From: Spizellomyces punctatus DAOM BR117
Lineage: Eukaryota
Length of the DNA stretch: 20,000 nt
Strand: one strand, 5' to 3'
Assembly (NCBI GenBank): GCA_000182565.2
Contig: KQ257470.1
The stretch's first letter is position 1. Each line of letters begins with the position of its first letter. This document shows, one piece after another, positions 12,904 to 20,000 of the stretch. The position numbers and the translations under genes were made by a program. Under the pieces are notes generated by a model. It worked only from the letters and a program-made list of their open reading frames with translations. It ran no database searches and was not told the DNA's origin.

Positions 12904-14052
12904 ATGCCCCCCAAAGTACGAAAGTATAAGAAGGATCCTGCTCTGGACGCATTCATGGAGTCAGAAGCGGGTGTCCAGGTACAATTTCGGAGGACGATCC
13001 TAAGACGACAAAATTTTTTGGGAATTCTAAAGCCGATCTCTCCGAATTTATGATTTTTAGTTGTTCACTGCTTTGACAAAATGTGCCGACGGCATTCGCG
13101 AGCTAGCGGAGTTTGTTCAGACTGTCCTTCCGCAACACATAGCACCACCCGTTGTCTCGCTGGCTGAAGACGGAAAGAAAAAGAAACGGCAGAAGAAGGA
13201 ACGAGATCCTGACGCGCCGAAAAGACCGAATTCGCCTTTCCTGACGTTTTCAAAGGATGTAAGGGCAAAAGTGATTGCTGCTAATCCGGAGCTGAAGGGT
13301 GCCAAAGTCCAGGAAGCGATTGGACAGATGTGGCGAGCACTGGATGAAACCGAAAAGCGAGTAAGTGTTCTCACAGCAGCACCGAGGTATATTCTTGGGA
13401 CGAAAAATCCTAAACCTATTGGGCATTGCAGCGCTATATAGAGAACAGCGCAGTGGCACGTGAAGAATACAAACAGTTAACAGGGGAGCGAGCTATTGCC
13501 CCGACGACCGCTGCAAAGAAATTAGCCCCTCTTCCTGTGACACAGGAAGACAGTTCCGAGGCAGAATCTGAAGAAGAAGAAGATTCTGATGAAGAGGAAG
13601 AAGAAGAGGAGGAGGACGTTGTGGCAGCTGGTGCAGAGCTCAAGCTTCCCTCTACTTCCAAGTTAGCCAATGGAAAGCAAAAGACAACGAAAGCCAAAGT
13701 AGTTCCCAAGAAGAATGTTGTCAAGGCAGAGCCGACACCACCTGCTCCCATTGCTCCCGCAAAAGCTAAGGATGCGACTCCAAGTAAAAAGAAGAAGGAG
13801 GCCAATGCAAACGGAACACCAGTGACCAAAGGTGCCACCCCGGCCACTCCAAACACGAGCACACCGAATAGCAAGAAACGTAAGGCGGAAGCCCAAGTAC
13901 CACAGACCCCTGTGGACACGGCCGCTGCAGGTGAAGCGAAAAAGAAGAGAAGGGCCAAGAAGAAAAAGAGTATCTCTGAACCTGAAGCGATCACGCAACC
14001 CGTAGCTCCTTCGCCAAAGAAGAAGCCAAAGCCAGCCAAAGCGAACGTCTGA
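12904..14052 (+). CDS. HMG-box protein (Hmo1-like architecture) with acidic tract and Lys/Ala/Pro-rich tail, 331 aa
   Basis: Exons 12904-12978, 13061-13360 and 13432-14052 join in frame. HMG box RDPDAPKRPNSPFLTFSKDVRAKV..VQEAIGQMWRALDETEKRRY..AREEY, followed by a poly-Glu/Asp stretch and a basic tail. Confidence 0.9.
13555..13617 (+). repeat. imperfect GAA/GAG trinucleotide repeat encoding an acidic tract
   Basis: gaagaagaagaagattctgatgaagaggaagaagaagaggaggaggac within HMG exon 3. Confidence 0.7.
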
Positions 14053-14215
14053 GACCCTCTGTGGATTCTGAACATCTGTCGAGTGGGCAGTGCTAGCTTT
14101 TTTTTTGCACATTGCTGTTTAATGCTACTTGTTCTAAGGATAGTATTTGTCGTTCGAACGAAGGTGATTGTAACCACTATAGCATGAATCTACACGCCAG
14201 TCCCTATGTACACCT

Positions 14216-17089
14216 CTACATAAATGCCCCGTCAGATTCTCTCTCAATCTCTTTCAAAACTGCCAAAATTTCCTGCTTGACAGCATCCGGGTATAACCGC
14301 CGCAGGTGGGTAAAATGAGACTGCAACTGTACCACCAAGTCAGGACGACCCACCTGCACCAAGGATAGTGCCAAGTGCCGCACAATTGATTCAGTGAAGC
14401 CGTGCGTAGCAAGAGGTGCAGTTTGAGCGGGTTGAAAAGGATTCGGGGGCTCTTTCATTCGCTTAATGACGCCTCGATATGAGATGGAAGCATCCAGCGA
14501 AGATGTCGCGGGAGCAGACTCAAAAGCACCTCTCTCTTGTACGAGGTTGTCCTTCTCACTCGTTGCTTTAACTTGTTGATCGCGCGCTCTACACCAGCCA
14601 CTTAGAGCGTAAATCACCAATTCAGCTGCTGTAACAGCGTTATTAAACTGCGCCAGCTCTCCAATCATTGTCGCCCAAGTGCGCTGATTGAATACCAAAT
14701 CCATATCGATCAATCGGCGTCCTTCGTCAATTACTCTCTCCAGCCAATGCTTCGCCTCTGATACATCTTGATGTCGACGTTGCTGCGCCAGTTCAAAGCA
14801 TGCCCTCGCAAACATATGAAAGCACTGACTATCGACCGATATCAACGGCTCTCCTCTTGAGTGTGAGGGATTATCGGGGTCGCCGATGGACTGAATGCGA
14901 TCCCATATCAAGACTACCTTCTTCGGTTGTCCTGCGCGTCCAAAAGCGAACATTATCGACGACACTGTTTTTAGGTCGGGTCGTATGTTCCGTTTGTCCA
15001 TATCCGCAAGGAGCAGCTCAATCTGATGGGCTCCAGCTTCTGCCTTACCAAAAGCGGTGGCAAGGGCAGAATAGATGTGGTTATTGGGTGCGATTCCGAA
15101 ATCAAGCATATCTTGATAACAGCGTAAGGCACCAACTGTGTCAGACCTTTGTCCATAGTCTTGAATTAGGGCGGTAAACGTGGCTGTATCTGGAGGAACC
15201 TGGGCTGCCAACATCTCCCCGAGATAACGATGCGCGGTGTCTCTGTCTCCGTTTCGAAGAAATTCTACGATGAGCGCATTATAAACATATGCATTCGGAG
15301 CCAACTTTGCTGCCGGTACGTCTGCATCGTCTGTGGCTCTGTCAACTTGCGTTGACGTTCCTTTCTCTCGAGCTGCTTGGTACCGAGCAATAAGCTGTTC
15401 GAAAATCTTTTCAGCAGTTTCAATTTCTCCCGCTTTGCAATGCGTATTTATTAGTGCCGAATACGTGTAAATGTCCGGCTCGATCCCTGCTTCCATCATC
15501 GTCCGGAGCCATCGCTCAGCGTTTTTGGAGTCGCCTTTCCTAGCGTACACTGCAATCATGGTGGTGTAGACTTGAAGGTCCGGCTGAATTCCCAGCTTCG
15601 TCATTTGAAGACATCCCGCTTCTACCGCTTCCACATCACCTCGGCGTGCAAACATGGCCAACATATTCGTGAAGACTTCCACACCCGGCTGACAGCCTGC
15701 AATTAGCATAGACTCGTACCAAAGCAGGACCTTGTCTGGGTCCTCATACGGTGGGCGCGAATAAACATTAATGAACAGCATGTACAAAATTCGGTCCAGT
15801 TTCACGCCGCGCGTGACCATCTCTTCGAAGCAATCAACTGCTGCAGCTGCATCATCGAAACTAAAGTATCCGTGTATCAGGCTCGTATAAAGCACTACAT
15901 CCGGCTTCACTCCCCGTGCCTGCATCTCCGTATGAAAGTAAGATAATGCAGGTTGATCTCCGGCTTTGACACACGCTTCCACTAGGGCCGTGAAGATAGG
16001 GGAGTCTGGCTTGGCTTGTGGAAACTTCTGCATGTCATGGTATATAGATGTTGCCTCCTCTAACTGCCCTCTCTCGCATAGTGCCCATATTAGGGTACTG
16101 AAAATAGCGGTCCGGTATTTGAGTCCATCGTCTTTACCCTGCTCGTAGATATTCCGCGCCTCCACTATTCGGCCCCGTCGAATCAGGGCACCTACGACTA
16201 AAACAATTGCACGAACATCCTTTCGCAGGTACTCTGACGTAGGTCGTGTTAAGTGGGCAACTGCTTGGTCCAGACTCTGCTTCACTAGGTATTCATAAAT
16301 ACGCTTGGCGAAACGGCCATCTGCGCATTCCTCAGTCAGCTCCAATAGCTCTTTTATCATCTCCACGCTCGGCTTAGATCCATTAACAATCATCTCATCA
16401 AAGCATTCTCGTGCTCGCCTAAAATCACGCGCTTGGATCAGGACCTTCATTATCGCTAGCTGGGCATCGCCTGCACTACTTCGAGGGGCTGGGAGTTTTA
16501 AGCTTTTACTTTCGTCCATTTGACTGTAATATTCGCGTAATATAGGCTCATCTTCGTCCAACATATGGTGCACGGAGGTTGTGTACTGCCGGCGTCTACA
16601 GCGCGGTGCGTTGCTGAGTTTCCGGTGCTCAAAGTTGGATGAAGATGGACGGGATGGTATCGAAAACAGAACAGAGCCCGTTTTTGATTTCTCAACATGG
16701 TATACAGAAGATCTTGTAACCGTCCCGCTGCCAGGCCGATGATTGGACTGATGATCGACAGGATATCTCGAGATCTGGCTAGATGAGCAGCTTCGATGAC
16801 AATGCTTCGACCCATTCAGGGGCCCAGTATGTGCAATGCCTGATGTCGTCAGTTTCTTTAGACATCCTCGCGACCGATTCGTCCGGAAAAGCCATGCCAA
16901 AAAATCCATTATTGGGTCCACCTCCCGCCCGTCCCTCGGCCCTCTTCCGCCTGCCCGCCGACGTCTTCTAGCGTGATCTTTCCTTTCCTTGATTGAATCT
17001 GACTTTCTGCCAGATGGTGCAGTAAAGGCAATGTATATATGGTTTCTAGCTGCTGAAAGAGACTTCGATCGGGCAATGTCAATCGACAT
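14216..17089 (-). CDS. pentatricopeptide repeat (P-class PPR) protein, probably mitochondrial RNA-binding
   Basis: 957-aa uninterrupted ORF with tandem 35-aa repeats, e.g. PDVVLYTSLIHGY..A.DCFEEM..RG, PDLQVYTTMIAVYARKG, PDIYTYSALINTHCKAG, PNAYVYNALI, PDTATFTALI. The true start (17089 or 16909) is uncertain. Confidence 0.92.
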   Translation of the reverse strand: MSIDIARSKSLSAARNHIYIAFTAPSGRKSDSIKERKDHARRRRRAGGRGPRDGREVDPIMDFLAWLFRTNRSRGCLKKLTTSGIAHTGPLNGSKHCHRSCSSSQISRYPVDHQSNHRPGSGTVTRSSVYHVEKSKTGSVLFSIPSRPSSSNFEHRKLSNAPRCRRRQYTTSVHHMLDEDEPILREYYSQMDESKSLKLPAPRSSAGDAQLAIMKVLIQARDFRRARECFDEMIVNGSKPSVEMIKELLELTEECADGRFAKRIYEYLVKQSLDQAVAHLTRPTSEYLRKDVRAIVLVVGALIRRGRIVEARNIYEQGKDDGLKYRTAIFSTLIWALCERGQLEEATSIYHDMQKFPQAKPDSPIFTALVEACVKAGDQPALSYFHTEMQARGVKPDVVLYTSLIHGYFSFDDAAAAVDCFEEMVTRGVKLDRILYMLFINVYSRPPYEDPDKVLLWYESMLIAGCQPGVEVFTNMLAMFARRGDVEAVEAGCLQMTKLGIQPDLQVYTTMIAVYARKGDSKNAERWLRTMMEAGIEPDIYTYSALINTHCKAGEIETAEKIFEQLIARYQAAREKGTSTQVDRATDDADVPAAKLAPNAYVYNALIVEFLRNGDRDTAHRYLGEMLAAQVPPDTATFTALIQDYGQRSDTVGALRCYQDMLDFGIAPNNHIYSALATAFGKAEAGAHQIELLLADMDKRNIRPDLKTVSSIMFAFGRAGQPKKVVLIWDRIQSIGDPDNPSHSRGEPLISVDSQCFHMFARACFELAQQRRHQDVSEAKHWLERVIDEGRRLIDMDLVFNQRTWATMIGELAQFNNAVTAAELVIYALSGWCRARDQQVKATSEKDNLVQERGAFESAPATSSLDASISYRGVIKRMKEPPNPFQPAQTAPLATHGFTESIVRHLALSLVQVGRPDLVVQLQSHFTHLRRLYPDAVKQEILAVLKEIERESDGAFM

Positions 17090-17437
17090 AACCGTGCCAA
17101 TAAAGTTTCCCGTCCAAGTGACCGCGACTATCTAAAAAGAAGCAAGTACAACCGGTGCCTTCGGAAGCTTCAAAGCAGTATTTTCTCAACTGCTGGTCTA
17201 CCGCCTTTCAGTATACAAAGTCATTGCAACTCGGTATCATGTTACGGGTAAGTCAGAAGCAAACTAGCCTCACAGCGTGGTCTTACCTGGCGTTGCCATA
17301 GCAGCAAGACTGTGAATTGTTTTTGGCAGTACTCGTCGCAAACTACAAAACTAGTAGACAACTCCGACGGTTTACATGGGCATAACCAAGCTATGCCTGA
17401 CTTGGAGACCATAAGCCAAATTCGGAGTACAAACAAA

Positions 17438-19743
17438 ATGACGGAAAAGCCGTCACGAAAGCGAAAAGCTGACGACAGGCAAGAAAGCCTGGCAAGAGCG
17501 GTGCGCAAAGAGGCACCGCAGCCATTGCGAACCGAAGGAGAGAACGAAGAACCAAAAAAGAAGAGAAAAAAGAAGAAGAAGGCTGCGTTCACTGCAGAAG
17601 TTAGCGCTGCCAGTGCTGCTGCTCTGCCAAAAGACCGGGGTTTTGTCGAGAATTCCGAGCAAATTGCGGTGGTGAAAGATAATGAGGAGCTCGAACTGGA
17701 AGAGCTTGTCTTTGGTGGCGATGTGGAGGGCCGAATGGATGAAGTATTTCAAAAAGTGGGGCATGAATTTGACGATATAATAGAAGATGAAGATAATTGG
17801 CTGGCATCAGCAAGGGTAGACAATGATGAAGAGGATATTGAGACAAAAGAGGATACGATAGAGAGTGGGGAAGAACCCGAGGTACTTCCCCTGAGTGGGC
17901 GCCATGACCGCGCATGTGGAAGATATTTATACTAATGCCCATTACAGAATTTTGGGTTTTTCATCGATACAGATGGTAAAGGGGCGGAATCAGATCTGCC
18001 CTCGCAAGGCGTAGAGAAAAATCACATTGATGTGGATATCGAGCCAGAGGATGAGTTGGATCAATCAAAGACATTGTCTGCATCGGATTTGTCTTCTCTT
18101 CCACCTGCGTGGGAGGACGACGACGACGTGCCCGTAAACATTGTGGACACCAAACGACTGCGTAAGCTGAGGCTAAATTACTCGGAAAAAGTTCTATCCG
18201 GAAGGGAATACGAATCGAGACTGCGACAACAGTATGTACCACTTTTTCTGGATAATTCAATTACATACCTCAGATAACACTGGACTGCGTGATCTGCAAT
18301 CAATAGATACGAGAAGATCCATCCGACCCCACAATGGGCATTGAAACCATTCCGAGAGCAGAAAGCTGGAAACTCTGGAGATGACTTGCTCAGGATTTTA
18401 CGGACTACAACCTCGATCGTTAGTACGAAAAGGAACAACGCAACACTGAATCCAGATTTGCTGGAGATTGTCCGTCTGAAGGACGCTAATCAGGCGGCTT
18501 ATTCACAAGTAGGTGAAATGTTGGCTGATCTGTACTTGGTAATGCATCGCTTAACTTCGTGGTATCTATATAGTCTGTGGTGCAGTCCGTCAAGTTCCAC
18601 CCTAAGGCACCCGTGCTTTTGACGTGCGGCTATGATCGGACTTTGCGGCTGTTTCAGGTACGTAATTAGGTGGCTTCCAGGTGGTTCTCACAATGCGCTC
18701 AGTATGTATATTTCAGGTTGACGGAAAGATCAACCCAAAAATTCAATCCGTACATATCAAAGATCTTCCCATTCATCGCGCAACCTTCACCCCCGACGGA
18801 AAAGAAGTGCTTCTTACGGGGAAACGAAAATTCTTCTACTCTTACAATATCGAAGCTGGTGTCATCCAGCGGATTCCTGGTATCCGAGGTAGATATCAGC
18901 ATTGAGATGAGATAGCATGTTTCGCTTCGATTGCTTACTTACAAAATTCTGGCATGAGGTCGAGACGAAGAAAGTTTTGCAAACTCGTACGTATCGCCGG
19001 ATAATAAGCATTTTGCTTTCCTCGGCCGTGACGGCCACATTATTCTGGTCTCCAAGGACACCAAGCAATGGGTCGCTACCATGAAGATGAACGGATCAGT
19101 CACTGCAATCGATTTTTCAAAAGATGGAAAGTTTCTGTATTCGTTTGGAGGTGAGTGGTAGCATGACATTACATCTTCACCCGAACTTGCAAGTTGATCT
19201 GGCTGTGTAGGGGACGGAGAAGTGTACCAGTGGGATCTGGGCTCGCGAAAATGTATTCACAAATTCTATGATGACGGATGCGTGAAGGCGACCACTTTGG
19301 CCGTGTCTGGAGGAGACGAATACCTTGCGACCGGGTGAGTCCGTCTCCTGGCAATTTTTATCGCAATGTGTGGCGATATGCTTATAGCCTACTGCATGGA
19401 TAGGTCGGACTCTGGCGTAGTCAATCTATATGACCATAAAAGCTGCCTTTCCAGTTCAAACCCATCTCCCCGAAAATCGATTCTAAACCTTACCACAGCG
19501 ATCACAACCCTCCGCTTTAATGTTGACTCGCAGATCTTGGCGATGGCCAGTCGAGATAAGAAAGATTCCCTCCGCCTCCTGCATGTTCCTACTCAACGAA
19601 TTTTCAAGAACTGGCCCACATCGCAGACTCCACTTGGATATGTAAACTGCTTGGATTTTTCACCAGGGGGAGGATACTTGGCGTCCGGAAACGACAAAGG
19701 AAAGGTCCTTTTGTACAGATTAAGTGCATATAATGCTGTATAG
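17438..19743 (+). CDS. UTP18: U3 snoRNA-associated SSU processome WD40 protein Utp18
   Basis: Exons 17438-17881, 17948-18231, 18307-18508, 18574-18657, 18717-18888, 18959-19150, 19211-19334, 19404-19743. Motifs ELEELVFG, PAWEDDDD, RLRKLR..GREYESRLRQQYEKIHPTPQWA, RLKDAN, VDGKINPKIQS, NWPTSQTPLGYV..FSPGGGYLASGNDKGKVLLYRL. The start could instead be 17393 or 17239. Confidence 0.95.
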
Positions 19744-19907
19744 AGATTACTCGTGATTTTGAATAAAGGTTTACGTTGGCAAAAGGAAACAGACTGCGTT
19801 CCTGTGTAATACCGATGAAGACTGTACGCCGAGTAGGCTAAAATAGTATACACCAAATGTCTGCTCCGTATCTGTACGCATCGCAGGTTCCTTTCAACGT
19901 GCGGTCA

Positions 19908-20000
19908 TCAGAGAGCATAGTGATCTTCGGTCCTCACCCCAGATGGGGCTCCGTCGGATAACGGTCCGTCAAATGAGTGCTGACGACTGTTAACCAGGAC
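19908..20000 (-). CDS. possible 3' end of a convergent gene entering from the right edge
   Basis: Frame open from 20000: VLVNSRQHSFDGPLSDGAPSGVRTEDHYAL*, ending in TGA TGA. No homology recognised. Confidence 0.25.
   Translation of the reverse strand, partial: VLVNSRQHSFDGPLSDGAPSGVRTEDHYAL

Noticed and set aside
13434..14177. 247-aa hydrophobic minus-strand ORF
   Set aside because: Antisense shadow of the Lys/Glu-rich HMG exon; its poly-F and poly-S runs mirror poly-K and poly-E.
14216..14800. Possible DYW/deaminase RNA-editing domain in the PPR protein
   Set aside because: No HxE...CxxC motif or DYW ending is visible; the repeats look P-class.

Overview
Gene-dense, intron-rich eukaryotic DNA with short (about 50-150 nt) GT-AG introns. 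The protein families and intron style suggest an early-diverging fungus, probably a chytrid; this is an inference and no taxonomic marker is present. Hand-spliced gene models, in order: NDUFA8 (-), an uncharacterised multi-TM membrane protein (+), ABZ1 fused PabA-PabB aminodeoxychorismate synthase (-), a basic orphan protein (-), Ima1/Samp1-family inner nuclear membrane protein (-), SRP9/SRP21 (+), a tetraspanin (-), an Hmo1-like HMG-box protein (+), a large PPR protein (-) and UTP18 (+). There are possible partial genes at both edges. No mobile element, CRISPR array, tRNA or rRNA was seen. The region is mostly housekeeping. The two most intriguing, and speculative, signals are SRP-RNA-like motifs in a structured SRP9 3' region and possibly interleaved ATG micro-exons of the divergent PPR and UTP18 genes.
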